DNA of 64,000 bases from an uncultured Verrucomicrobiae bacterium (lineage in GTDB: Bacteria; Verrucomicrobiota; Verrucomicrobiia; Limisphaerales; Palsa-1400), in the NCBI GenBank assembly GCA_963764165.1, contig CAVXRD010000001.1, forward strand, positions 96,001-160,000, in the 5' to 3' direction. The position numbers and the translations under genes were made by a program. A model generated the notes under the pieces. That model saw only the letters and a program-made list of their open reading frames with translations, did not search any database and was not told the DNA's origin. Below, one piece after another: positions 49,558-59,417 of the stretch (position 1 is its first letter; every line of letters begins with the position of its first letter).

Positions 49558-50487
49558 ATGTCCGGCACATTAAAAGCATTGCGCGCCCTTTCCGATCCCA
49601 CCCGACTCCGAATCGTGTCGCTTTTGGAGCGCTCTGAACTTTCCGTGAACGAGCTCCAAGAGATAACACATTTGGGGCAATCGCGCATCTCCACTCACTT
49701 GGGTTTATTGCAGGAATCAGGCTTGCTCGAATCACGCCGCGAGGGCAAGCGGACATTTTACCGCATCAAATCGCGCGCGGACCAAACCGCCAGTGAATTT
49801 GTCCAACTGGCCGTTCGCGGGGCAAAGGAGCTTCCCGAGCACGGCGCCGACGAATTAAATCTGAAACGCACCCTTATTCGCCGCACCGAGCAAGCGCAAG
49901 TCTACTTCAATCAAGTGGCGGGCCGGTTTGATCGCAGTTACGGCCCGGGCCGCTCATGGCAGGCGTTTGGGCAGCTCTTGTTGCGCGTGCTTCCCCCGCT
50001 CGTCATCGCCGACCTGGGTTCCGGCGAAGGGTTGCTCAGCGAACTCCTCGCCCGCCGGGCCAAGAAAGTCATCGCCGTCGACAACTCCGAAAAAATGGTC
50101 GCCTTCGGCGCGGAGAAGGCAAAGAAGAACAAGCTCAAGAACCTGGAATTTCGCCTCGGCGATTTGGAAAATCCGCCAATCCCACCCGACAGCGTCGACT
50201 TGGTCGTCCTCAGCCAGGCCCTGCACCACGCCGCCGTCCCGAAGACCGCGATGGCCAGCGCCCACAAAATCCTGCGCCCCGGCGGCCAGGTCATGATCTT
50301 GGACTTGCACCGCCACAACTTCGAGCAAGCCCATGAACTCTACGGCGACCGCTGGCTGGGATTCACCGAAACGGATTTGCATGGCTGGCTGGAAGAAGTC
50401 GGCTTCAAGCATGTGGAAGTTAGCATCGTCGCCAGAGAAGAAGACGAACCCCACTTTCAGACGCTCCTGGCCACCGGGGAGAAGTGA
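49558..50487 (+). CDS. sahR: ArsR-family regulator fused to a SAM-binding methyltransferase domain (SahR-like)
   Basis: N-terminal ALSDPTRLRIV...QSRISTHL HTH, C-terminal ADLGSGEG SAM-binding motif, adjacent to metK-ahcY. Confidence 0.8.
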   Translation: MSGTLKALRALSDPTRLRIVSLLERSELSVNELQEITHLGQSRISTHLGLLQESGLLESRREGKRTFYRIKSRADQTASEFVQLAVRGAKELPEHGADELNLKRTLIRRTEQAQVYFNQVAGRFDRSYGPGRSWQAFGQLLLRVLPPLVIADLGSGEGLLSELLARRAKKVIAVDNSEKMVAFGAEKAKKNKLKNLEFRLGDLENPPIPPDSVDLVVLSQALHHAAVPKTAMASAHKILRPGGQVMILDLHRHNFEQAHELYGDRWLGFTETDLHGWLEEVGFKHVEVSIVAREEDEPHFQTLLATGEK

Positions 50488-50543
50488 CTTCCTCGCCACA
50501 AATCGGTTTGCACCATGCGACCATTTCTGGCAGCTCTTCCAAC

Positions 50544-50748
50544 ATGACCATGGGCCGAGATAATGCGGGAAGTGGCTGAGTGGCCCTCGGATCGCCAGAA
50601 CGAATTGGCACCCTTCCTGTCGCATCTTCGACTTGAAAAAGACAGCGCTTGGCGGGCAGAAATGACGCGGCGCATTGACGACAAGAATCCCGCCAATTGG
50701 GTTTCCTTCCCAGAATGCAAGAAGGCTCTAACATCGCTCGGCTCCTGA
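50544..50748 (+). pseudogene. Small antitoxin-like ORF with a probable +1 frameshift near the start
   Basis: ATG ACC ATG G|GCC GAG ATA ATG CGG: removing one G joins MTM to AEIMREVAEW...RRIDDKNPANWVS. Confidence 0.4.
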
Positions 50749-50764
50749 CCTGAAGCGGGGTGAA

Positions 50765-53700
50765 TTAGGGAGCGGAAAGGCGGAAGAATTGGGCTTGATT
50801 GGAAATGGACGCGGGCAATGTAACAGACGACGCTCCGTTTTGATTGACAACGGCGAGATTGACGGCGGACCACACAACAGGCGGGGTCAGGTTCGTTGTG
50901 GCGAAAAGCGAGAACGGCGAGGCGGAGGATGGCCATGAGAGGGTCAAGCTATTATTGGCCGCCGTGTAAACACCGGCGAGCGCAGGCAGCGGGATGGCGG
51001 CGCTGGCCTGATTGGAGGGCGGGCTTTCTCCGCTGGGGTCCGCGGCGGTCACGACGTAGTAATAGGTCGCCCCACTGGCGATGCTCGTGTCAACATAATT
51101 CGTGGCAGTAACCGCGGCAATGGTGGTGTAAGGTCCGCCGTTTGTTGCCGAGCGCTTGATGTTGTAGCTGGCGGCAGAGGAGGAAGCGGTCCAGCTCAAT
51201 GAAACTTGCGCGGTTCCGGACGCGGCGGTCAGGCCGGTGGGCGCGGGCGGAATCGTCACCTTGACTGAGACGTTGTCTAACCTAGCCGTGTTCGTCAGGG
51301 TATTGTTGTGAGCTGTCACCGCGAGGCCGAGAAGGACGTTTGAGGCCATCGGCACAGTCACGCTGCCGACTTGCTGCCATGTGCTGCCATCACTGGAGAC
51401 AGAGCCCGCAAAGGAGTTTCCGGTGCGCGCGAGCTTCACCCAATACGGCGCGGCGCCTGATCCGCTGACGCTGGTGCTGACTGCGCCGGTGACGGGCCGG
51501 TCGGACAACAGCGAGCCATTTTGGGCGCTGATGAGCATCGCCACGTTGATCGAGTCCTGGTTGAGCGATTCGCGTATCATCACTCCGGCTTTGGCCCATG
51601 GGTCGGTGATCTGCAAACTCGCCACGCGGCTGATAATGGTGCAATCGCCGGAGACGGCGCGATAAACATAGTGAAACGAATCGGCGGAATTCCATATATC
51701 CAAACCGGAGCCAGTCACTGTGTAGACGGCGTTGGCATAGCTGGCGCCTCCCGGCCAACCGACATCGCCGGCATCTCCGTCCCACTCAGCGGATACGCCG
51801 ACATCCTGATCCATCCAGGGCGCAGGAAGGGTGGTGGGTTGCGGGGTGGCATTGACTTCGCTGGAATTCGCGCTTTCTCCATTCCCATTAACCGCAGTGA
51901 CAACATAATAGCAAGTCATGCCATTGGAGAGACCCGTGTCAATATAACTCAACGCCACGCAGGAAGCGATGGTGGTGTAGGGGCCGCCGGTATTGGTCGC
52001 GCGCTTCACGTTGTAGCTGATCGCGCTCTCAGCGGCGACCCAATTCAACGATGTCTCCATGTTGCCGCCTGCCGCCTGAATTCCCGCTGTGAGCCCCGCC
52101 GGGATGGCCAATCCGGCTCCGATGACTTTTTCGCCGATGGGCGGCAAAGGCGGGCCGTTGACGGGCACGAACTCGATCCACCCCAAATCGCAGCCCGGCG
52201 AAATGACGTTGATTTGAAGGGTGGTCTTGCCCGAATTGGTCACGGTTATATTGTTGACAACGTAATTAGTGTAGACCGTGTAACTGCCGGTGTTGCCGAG
52301 GCTGACGACGCCTGAAATCACGTTGCTGTTGAGCATGACGGAGATTTGGCCGCCGGCGGCGCCGCCCGCATAGCGGATGTAGAGATTGTAAGTTCCCGGT
52401 GTGCATGCCACCGTGTGCCGCTCCCATTCGCCGGCGGCATTCCAGCCCACTTTCAGCAACGTTCCAGGATCGTCACACGAGGTTTCATCCACTCCGTCGC
52501 ACCGCCCGAAAAAGCCGTTGTTCCACGCGGTGCCAGCCGGACCATTATTGGCTTCGTCATCCGAGACTGTGTTGGAATAGGCGAGGTTGGTATCGCCCAT
52601 ATCGTAATCGACGGCGAAAATCTTGCCGGGAATGGTCACGCCGCTTTTGTAAGACAGCGCTGCCTGGCAAAAGCCCGCGCCAGAATTGGTGCTGGGACGC
52701 ATGAGGCTGTCCACAATTTCCGGATGCACCAGGCAATTGCGGAAATTAGCTGCCATGGCGAAACCCATCAGCCAGTTGTAAGCATTGGTGACGGAGGGTT
52801 TGGCCAGCGTATTACTGGAGGCCCAGTAAGCCATGAGCGTCTTCCAGCCCTGAGTCTCCGGGAATTGAGCGATCGTGTAGAATTCCCCGCACGCTTTGTA
52901 GGCCCAAAAACAGTGGCCTTGCTTGATGGTGGCCGTCTTGCCGTTGGAGGTGAGAGTGACTGGATTGTTGTAGGTCGTGCCGAGGATTCTATTGCACCAA
53001 TGCGTGGAATTGATGCCGAATTCCCCGCCCCAATCCGGGACGTTGGCTCCGACGGCGGTCGCCCGGTTTCCCGTGTCTAGAGGAAGGGGGCTGCCGTAAT
53101 CATGATCGGAAAAGTTCCAGTTGCCATCCGTCCAGCCTTCATTGACATCGTACAACGTGCTGGCATAAGCGTCTCCCTCGCAAAATAGCGTGTGATTGGC
53201 ATCCACTAGACGAATGGTGTGAATGAGATTGGAATACGTATTGCTCAAATACGGCGGCCCTACTTGATGATCGCTGACAGCCGTGTTGACGGGTTCATTG
53301 AGGAGGTCGTAACCGCCGATCCACGCATTGGTCGAGTAATGCGACGCGATGCGCGACCAGATATGCTCTGCCAGCGCGAGATTGGCGGCGTTGGCAAACA
53401 CGCTGGCGGTGTTGGTATTGAGCGTGCCGCCATAGTTGACGACTGCAAAGTTGTTCGGGCCTCCCGGGGCGCAGTGCATGTCCGGTATGACGTAAATGCC
53501 ATTGGTAGAACACCAGCCCACCAGGTTATCCAGGTGTTTGAAACCCGTGCTTATATCGAAACCGTTGCTGGGATAGTTATTGGCCCAGTTTGTGACCTGA
53601 AAAAACTCTTCGAAGGTATACGGCACGCGAACGCTGTTGAAGCCTTGTTGGTGCAAATAGACAACGTCGGCCGCGCTGATAAAGTTAGTCCAGTAAGCAT

Positions 53701-54064
53701 CCATGACTTCCGCCGTCAGGTTTGTGTCTCCGCCCAGCACATCCCGGATGGCGGCGACCAGCCCGTCGTAATAGTTAGCGATGTTGCCTGAGCCAGTGCC
53801 GGCGCTGGAGTAGGCAGGCAGGCTCACATTTCCCAGCATGTAATATTCCGGCCACAACCAGCACCCCAAGTTCACGCCGTTCAAAATGATTGGCTGATTG
53901 TTGATGTCCAGATTCGTAACACCAGAAGTGTGCAAATAACCGGCCCGCGCCAGCCCGGCCCAGAGCGCACAGAGGAGAACAAGGGCGCTGCGCAACGCGA
54001 AGCCTCGAGCGAGGTGCAGCGCCCTCTGCGCAATGGCCCTAAAATTTCCTTCGACCGGATTCAT
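50765..54064 (-). CDS. Secreted GH5 glycoside hydrolase with CBM6-like, FN3 and C-terminal beta domains
   Basis: True start is likely ATG 54064. GFNSVRVP, DMHCAPG, YDLLNEP (acid/base), GGEFG (nucleophile); two FN3 repeats (SYNxKR...GGPYTTIA). Confidence 0.88.
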   Translation of the reverse strand: MNPVEGNFRAIAQRALHLARGFALRSALVLLCALWAGLARAGYLHTSGVTNLDINNQPIILNGVNLGCWLWPEYYMLGNVSLPAYSSAGTGSGNIANYYDGLVAAIRDVLGGDTNLTAEVMDAYWTNFISAADVVYLHQQGFNSVRVPYTFEEFFQVTNWANNYPSNGFDISTGFKHLDNLVGWCSTNGIYVIPDMHCAPGGPNNFAVVNYGGTLNTNTASVFANAANLALAEHIWSRIASHYSTNAWIGGYDLLNEPVNTAVSDHQVGPPYLSNTYSNLIHTIRLVDANHTLFCEGDAYASTLYDVNEGWTDGNWNFSDHDYGSPLPLDTGNRATAVGANVPDWGGEFGINSTHWCNRILGTTYNNPVTLTSNGKTATIKQGHCFWAYKACGEFYTIAQFPETQGWKTLMAYWASSNTLAKPSVTNAYNWLMGFAMAANFRNCLVHPEIVDSLMRPSTNSGAGFCQAALSYKSGVTIPGKIFAVDYDMGDTNLAYSNTVSDDEANNGPAGTAWNNGFFGRCDGVDETSCDDPGTLLKVGWNAAGEWERHTVACTPGTYNLYIRYAGGAAGGQISVMLNSNVISGVVSLGNTGSYTVYTNYVVNNITVTNSGKTTLQINVISPGCDLGWIEFVPVNGPPLPPIGEKVIGAGLAIPAGLTAGIQAAGGNMETSLNWVAAESAISYNVKRATNTGGPYTTIASCVALSYIDTGLSNGMTCYYVVTAVNGNGESANSSEVNATPQPTTLPAPWMDQDVGVSAEWDGDAGDVGWPGGASYANAVYTVTGSGLDIWNSADSFHYVYRAVSGDCTIISRVASLQITDPWAKAGVMIRESLNQDSINVAMLISAQNGSLLSDRPVTGAVSTSVSGSGAAPYWVKLARTGNSFAGSVSSDGSTWQQVGSVTVPMASNVLLGLAVTAHNNTLTNTARLDNVSVKVTIPPAPTGLTAASGTAQVSLSWTASSSAASYNIKRSATNGGPYTTIAAVTATNYVDTSIASGATYYYVVTAADPSGESPPSNQASAAIPLPALAGVYTAANNSLTLSWPSSASPFSLFATTNLTPPVVWSAVNLAVVNQNGASSVTLPASISNQAQFFRLSAP

Positions 54065-54169
54065 TAACCTTCTTGCGGGTATTGCTTGATTGTGGCAGAC
54101 CAAGGCTCGCCAAGGCAACACCAACGTTGGCCATCTCGAAACTAAATTAAAATACCCATCACACAACCT

Positions 54170-56026
54170 ATGAAGTTGATTCTCCGCGGGTTGATGATTT
54201 CCACCCTCCTGTTTTGCAGCGCGGCCCGCGCGCTGGAACCTGCCAACCCGCAGGCCAACGCCAAAGCCAGGGCGATCCTCAACTATTTCCAGAGCCTCAG
54301 CGCTCGCCAGGAAAAGCGTTTGGTGTCCGGTCAATTTACAGATTTCGGCCGACCAGCCAGCCTGCGGCTCATGAATGAGATTCACGACCAGACCGGCCAG
54401 TGGCCAGCCCTTATGGGAGTCGATTACGCCGATTTCTCCACCGGCAGCCTGGCTTGCAAGGCTCCGAACCAAGCCGCCATCGAATATTGGAATCAGGGAG
54501 GCATGGTCACGATCAGCGCTCACCTTTTCAATCCAGCAAACCCCAAGGGCGGCGGATTGCGTGACAAGGGTGTTGACTTGGAAGCCTTGCTCGCACCCGG
54601 CACCGATACGCATACGCGGTGGATGCAGGAACTGGATCTCATCGCCGCCGGATTGCAGGAACTCAAGGATGCCGGTGTCGTGGTGTTGTGGAGGCCCTTC
54701 CACGAGATGAATGGCGATTGGTTCTGGTGGGGCGCAAAAGACCCGGCCAGTTTCATCAAAATCTGGCGGCACATGTTTGATTATTTCAGCAAGACGAAGG
54801 GGCTGGATAACCTGATCTGGGTCTACAGTCCGAACCACGGGAATAAAACCGCCGCCTATTATGCAGGTGACCCATACGTTGATCTTGTGGGCCTGGATGC
54901 TTACACGGATTTCGTGGACACGGAACACATCAAGGGCTACGCCGAACTGGCGAAGATGGAAAAGCCATTCGGCTTCACCGAATACGGCCCGCATGGCTCG
55001 CAAAACCCGCCGGGCGATTACGATTACCGGCGGTTTCTCGAAGGCGTGAAAAAGGACTTTCCCAAAGCTGTGTTTTTCATGAGTTGGAACTGGAAATGGA
55101 GCTTGGCCAAGAATAATAACGTCAAGGAGATGATGGCTGACCCTTGGATCGTCAATCGGAACGACCTTCCCACAGGACTAGCGGATATGCGCATACGCTT
55201 CCTGTCAAACAAACGAATTGTTTTTCTGGGCGACAGCATCACACAAGCCGGGCAATACGTGTCGTTCACCGACTATTACCTGGAACGATTGTTTCCCGAA
55301 ACGGATTTCGATGTCTACGGGCTGGGTCTCGCGAGCGAAACGCTTTCTGGTTTAAGCGAAAAGGGCCATGCTGGCGGGGCCTTCCCGCGTCCGTGCCTTT
55401 TCGAGCGGCTCGGACGCTTGCTGGAAAAGTTGAAGCCCGGAGTCGTATTCGCTTGTTATGGAATTAACGACGGCATCTACATGCCTCTGGACGACCAACG
55501 ATTCGCGTCCTTCAAGGGCGGCGTCCAGAAGCTTATCGCGCAATGCAAAGAGGCTGGGGTAAAAGCCATTTTCCTCATCACACCGCCGATCTTCGACGCC
55601 GCCGAGAAACCAGGGGAATTTAACTACGACAGCGTGATGACTGCCTACGCCGCCTGGAAGGTGACGTTGAAAGACCCGGGAGTTCATGTGATTGATCTGC
55701 ACACCGCGATGCGCAAGGCGCGTGACGCCAGGTCGGAAGCTTTTTCCAAAGACAGCATTCATCCAGGCGACGATGGCCACTTGCTGATGTCGAAAACGAT
55801 TCTGGGCGCATTTGGTATTCAAGTCCCCGATGAGCCGCTGGCCGCCATCCAGGACGACCCTCTCTTCAAGGAGGTGGATCTTTTGCGCAGGCAGCGCTCG
55901 ACGCACTGGCTGGAGCACATCGGCTACACGCGCGAAAAGACGGTGGCGCCCCAGCCGCTCGGAGATTCAGAGGCGGAGGAGCGAAAAATGCGGCTGGTAA
56001 TTGATGATCTGCGGCGGCGCCGATAA
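54170..56026 (+). CDS. Secreted GH26 (mannanase-like) fused to an SGNH/GDSL esterase
   Basis: WRPFHEMNGDWFWWG and FTEYG (GH26); FLGDSIT, YGINDG and DSIHP (SGNH). Confidence 0.9.
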   Translation: MKLILRGLMISTLLFCSAARALEPANPQANAKARAILNYFQSLSARQEKRLVSGQFTDFGRPASLRLMNEIHDQTGQWPALMGVDYADFSTGSLACKAPNQAAIEYWNQGGMVTISAHLFNPANPKGGGLRDKGVDLEALLAPGTDTHTRWMQELDLIAAGLQELKDAGVVVLWRPFHEMNGDWFWWGAKDPASFIKIWRHMFDYFSKTKGLDNLIWVYSPNHGNKTAAYYAGDPYVDLVGLDAYTDFVDTEHIKGYAELAKMEKPFGFTEYGPHGSQNPPGDYDYRRFLEGVKKDFPKAVFFMSWNWKWSLAKNNNVKEMMADPWIVNRNDLPTGLADMRIRFLSNKRIVFLGDSITQAGQYVSFTDYYLERLFPETDFDVYGLGLASETLSGLSEKGHAGGAFPRPCLFERLGRLLEKLKPGVVFACYGINDGIYMPLDDQRFASFKGGVQKLIAQCKEAGVKAIFLITPPIFDAAEKPGEFNYDSVMTAYAAWKVTLKDPGVHVIDLHTAMRKARDARSEAFSKDSIHPGDDGHLLMSKTILGAFGIQVPDEPLAAIQDDPLFKEVDLLRRQRSTHWLEHIGYTREKTVAPQPLGDSEAEERKMRLVIDDLRRRR

Positions 56027-56226
56027 GGTGTGCAGGACAAAATTCTTCATCAACAGAGTCGCTGGGAGTCCCGCCGCTGAATCAGCCCGTCCGAGGCGAG
56101 ATGCCTGCCATCATCAACATCTGGTGGCTTCAGGCTTCAGGCTTCAGCGAGGTGTGAGCGCTGCCAGAGGCGCAAATCCCGGTTTCAACGGTTTGTCATA
56201 GCGCCGCTTCAGCCGGTTATCTGCGC

Positions 56227-57102
56227 TCAGGCCTCTCGCACAATTCGTCCATTCTGGCTCAGCCGCCATTGGCCGAGCAGCGGCGGTCCCAGGAGGTCCA
56301 TTCCGTGCGCACGGTACAACTGAGCAAACTGATCGGCTGACAAAACCTCGTATATGTTTGGTTTGCCGTCGAACTTGCCAACCGCCCGGAAGAACTCCTC
56401 CATCTTGCCCGCCGGTTGGTACATGTTAATAATTTTGCCCGGCGTTTCGTTGATGCACGCCCAAACATGAGCCACTTTGCGCGGGAGGAAGACGGATTCG
56501 CCGGGGCCGGCTCGAAATTGCTTTTCACCCACCTGAAAATCAAACTCGCCGGCAAGCACATAGATCCATTCATCTTGCTCGGCGTGAAGATGGCGAGGCC
56601 CACCGCTCCTGCCGGTGATCTCGAATATACACGCCGCGCCCTCGGTGTCCTGCGCCGACACCTTGCAGTCGCTGGACGAATGGCCGTTGAGTTTGATGCG
56701 CTCGCCCGACCGGTCGTCTCCCGCGGCTACGCTGAACCCGGCAAACATTTCCTGGCTCTTCATTTTCTTCTTTCCTTTCAAGTGCTGGATGGTCTTGTCG
56801 ACGGTTTCAATCAGCCTTCGTGTCCGCGCCAGGTCCTTTTCCATTACCTTGCGATGCGATTGGAGGGCGGCGAGTTTTCCAAAATCGGCCCGGGCCAGAA
56901 TCCGTTGAATCTGCCTCAACTCAAAACCCAGCTCCCGATAAAAGAGGATTTGCTGCAAAACCAAAAGCTGCGGTTCTTCATAGAACCGATAGCCATTGGC
57001 GCCATAATAGGCGGGCTTGAGCAGGCCCGATTCATCGTAAAAATGAAGCGTGCGCACGCTCACCCTCGACATCGCGGCCACTTGTTTGACTGTATAAGCC
57101 AT
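56227..57102 (-). CDS. MerR-family regulator with a C-terminal cupin domain
   Basis: MAYTVKQVAAMSRVSVRTLHFYDESGLLKP...NGYRFY; cupin motif PRHLHAEQDEWIYVLAG...GESVFLPRKVAH. Confidence 0.9.
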   Translation of the reverse strand: MAYTVKQVAAMSRVSVRTLHFYDESGLLKPAYYGANGYRFYEEPQLLVLQQILFYRELGFELRQIQRILARADFGKLAALQSHRKVMEKDLARTRRLIETVDKTIQHLKGKKKMKSQEMFAGFSVAAGDDRSGERIKLNGHSSSDCKVSAQDTEGAACIFEITGRSGGPRHLHAEQDEWIYVLAGEFDFQVGEKQFRAGPGESVFLPRKVAHVWACINETPGKIINMYQPAGKMEEFFRAVGKFDGKPNIYEVLSADQFAQLYRAHGMDLLGPPLLGQWRLSQNGRIVREA

Positions 57103-57144
57103 CGTTTTTCCGCCCAAGCCACACGACCCAGGCGCTTGTCCCGC

Positions 57145-57175
57145 ACTTTCGGGCCTAACGTAACGTGAGGGTCAA
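57145..57175 (-). promoter_or_regulatory. MerR-type promoter with 19-bp spacer and dyad operator
   Basis: Minus-strand TTGACC(57175-70), 19 bp, GAAAGT; dyad CCTAACGT-A-ACGTGAGG at 57154-57170. Confidence 0.75.
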
Positions 57176-57343
57176 GGGATTTTTGTTGTTGTGCAAGAAT
57201 TCAGTCGCTCCAGCCGGTGCCGGCGAAATCAACCGGACGACATTCTTCAAGCAGATGGAAGCCCGGCTGGATTCCCAGCGGAAAACACATCCCGCCTGGA
57301 CGGCTGCGCGTCCAGAGGTGAATATGGAGCGATGGCGGGCCCC

Positions 57344-57407
57344 GGCGCAACGAGCTTTTTTTCGCGAAAAACCAAGGGTGCAATAGGGTGCAATAGCATG
57401 CAATGCC
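57344..57407 (-). repeat. 10-bp tandem tail, copy 2
   Basis: The reverse complement TTGCATGCTATTGCACCCTATTGCACCCTTGG matches 46642-46706. Confidence 0.85.
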
Positions 57408-57467
57408 CCGAGCCCTCGCGGAACACATCCAAGGGCGGGTGGCATCTCCTGAAATGCGGGATCGGCC

Positions 57468-57564
57468 AAATGTCAAAGAACATGCCCTGGCGGCAACAGG
57501 GGGAAAATAAGGCCAAAAGTCAGTTTTGTCAATTACTATTGCACTTACACTGTTCCGTGGTATT
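57468..57564 (-). promoter_or_regulatory. Promoter + boxA-like cassette, copy 2
   Basis: TTGACA(57532-27), 17 bp, TATTTT(57509-04), then TGTTCTTTGACATTT(57482-68). Confidence 0.7.
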
Positions 57565-58828
57565 TAGAGAACTGGCGGTTCTCCGCGTCATATTGGTATT
57601 GCGTGACAATCGGCGTATTCGGAACGCCATTGACCGTCGCCAACGTCGTTTCGGAAGTCCGGTTGCCGTTGGCGTCGTAAGTGTAACTCGTGGTTGAGAC
57701 AGGCATCCCGCTGCCGGACGGCCATTGCTGGGTCATGGACGCGACTTCGCCGGAACTGTTCGGCTGCGGCCGGCCGCTGCCGGGATAATAGGTGTAGGAG
57801 GTCGTCACCGGATATGACACGCCTGGCGATTGCTGCGTCGAGCTGGCCACCAAGGCAATGGCGCTCACGATCTTCTGAAGATGGCTGTCCGCCGTCCAGG
57901 TGTAATTCAACGCCCCTTCCGGGCCGATTTTCGACGCCAACCGGTTGAGGCTGTCGTAGGTGTAACTCACCGTCCGCGCCGTCGTGCCGCCCCCCGTCGT
58001 CACAACGCTGCTCCTTTGGCCCCCGGGCTTGTAACTGTAAGTCTCAACCGTGTTGCTCTCTCCCGCGTTGATGGCGGGAAGGAGCCTCGTGGCCATTCTC
58101 CCCATCACGTCCTCCGTCGTGACGATGGTTTTGCCGCGGAAGTCCGTCACTGAGGTTTGCTGGACGTTGATGCTCGAATTGGTGGCCACCGGGACATCGG
58201 CGTAGGCGGTGATTTCAGCGGAGCCATCCGGCAATATGCGCCTGGTGCGGCGGCCCAGGGCGTCGTATTGGTATTGTGTGAGGTTGCCGTTGGCGTCGCT
58301 CTGCGAGAGTTGGTTGCCGCGCTCGTCGTAGGTGTATTCGTAGGTCAAGAGTCCCGAGTCTAAGAGGACGGAGGTCAATAATCCTCGGTAATCGTAGGTG
58401 TAAAACGTGTGAACTCCCGCCTCGTCGGTTGTCTCCACCTTGTTCCCCGATCCGTCGTAGGCAATGGCCGTCTGATGCCGCGTCCCGTCGGCCAGCACCG
58501 GATACGTCGTCAACACCAGCCGGTTAGCCGTGTCATATAAATAATCCGTTTCGTGGCCATTGGCATCGATCATCGAAATCTGGTTGCCGTTGGGGTCGTA
58601 AAAATACTGCGTCGAGTTCGTGCCGCCGGTGGGCGCGATGGTTTGATTGATGCTCGACAAGCTCACCGTGTAATTGGTGTAAACCAGCACGTTGGTGCGG
58701 CGTCCGGCGGCATCATAACTGTATTGCGTGACGTTGCCATTGGCGGCCATGGAATATCGCACACGGCCGGCCAGATCATAGACCGTCCGCGTGAAGGAGA
58801 CAAGCGTTCCCGCGCCCGTGTTGGTCAT
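57545..58828 (-). pseudogene. Orphan Rhs/YD-repeat core fragment with no toxin tip
   Basis: Many YDxxGR repeats but no PxxxxDPxG motif; Rhs-like sequence ends at about 57575, where the cassette begins. Confidence 0.8.
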
Positions 58829-58899
58829 TCCGTAAATGGTGTCTCGATCCTGTCAAAATATGTAAATATGCTGGTCTGACCCCTTTTGTGCGACATATG

Positions 58900-59412
58900 C
58901 TACATATAACTCGTGTAGCCCGTTTGGAACAAATGTCGATTATTCAGGATATAATCCGAAAGGTGCATTGCGATTGTTTTCGGTACCTTGCAAAAGGCCT
59001 CATCCAAGTTAGCCATACGCTTCTCCTTATACGCCTCTGTGAATGCCTCCCATGAATTGCCGGAATCAATCTTCTCCCCACGGTAGTCGTGGCGCAGATA
59101 TTGGTCAAATGCTTCCTCAAAAAGCAGGACAAATGGCTGAGCCGCAATTAAGCGAAGATCCTCAAGGGTCTCCTTACTAAGCGTTTCGCCGCTATTCCAG
59201 AAAAACTGATGGTATCCGCCGTTGTTAACCTCGTTTTGTAATCGAAAGCCTGTATAAACGGCCCGCCAGTGCTGGGGAAGACGCAGAATATACTCGGTAC
59301 GCCCATCCCCTTTGAGATCCTCGATATGCGCTAGCACTGCTTGCCACGCCGTATACGCAGGATTCTCTCCATTGATTTGCTGCTCGGTTAAAATTAACGG
59401 TTTTCGTTTCAA
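58900..59412 (-). CDS. DUF4375/DMP19-like protein, putative immunity protein for the AHH toxin
   Basis: EVNNGGYHQFFWNSG signature; TTG start 5 nt after the toxin stop; low GC. Confidence 0.75.
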   Translation of the reverse strand: MKRKPLILTEQQINGENPAYTAWQAVLAHIEDLKGDGRTEYILRLPQHWRAVYTGFRLQNEVNNGGYHQFFWNSGETLSKETLEDLRLIAAQPFVLLFEEAFDQYLRHDYRGEKIDSGNSWEAFTEAYKEKRMANLDEAFCKVPKTIAMHLSDYILNNRHLFQTGYTSYM

Positions 59413-59417
59413 TTTGA

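Noticed and set aside
54065..55003. N-terminal 300-aa extension of the 1412-aa ORF
   Set aside because: It is antisense to the well-supported GH26 gene; a signal peptide follows Met 54064, the likely true start.
56126..56148. Short tandems (GCTTCAG x3; TGCGTAAT-like units at about 32118; CTTATAGGAC at about 12700, 26657 and 40432)
   Set aside because: Too short to support a functional claim; probably remnants of dispersed intergenic repeats.
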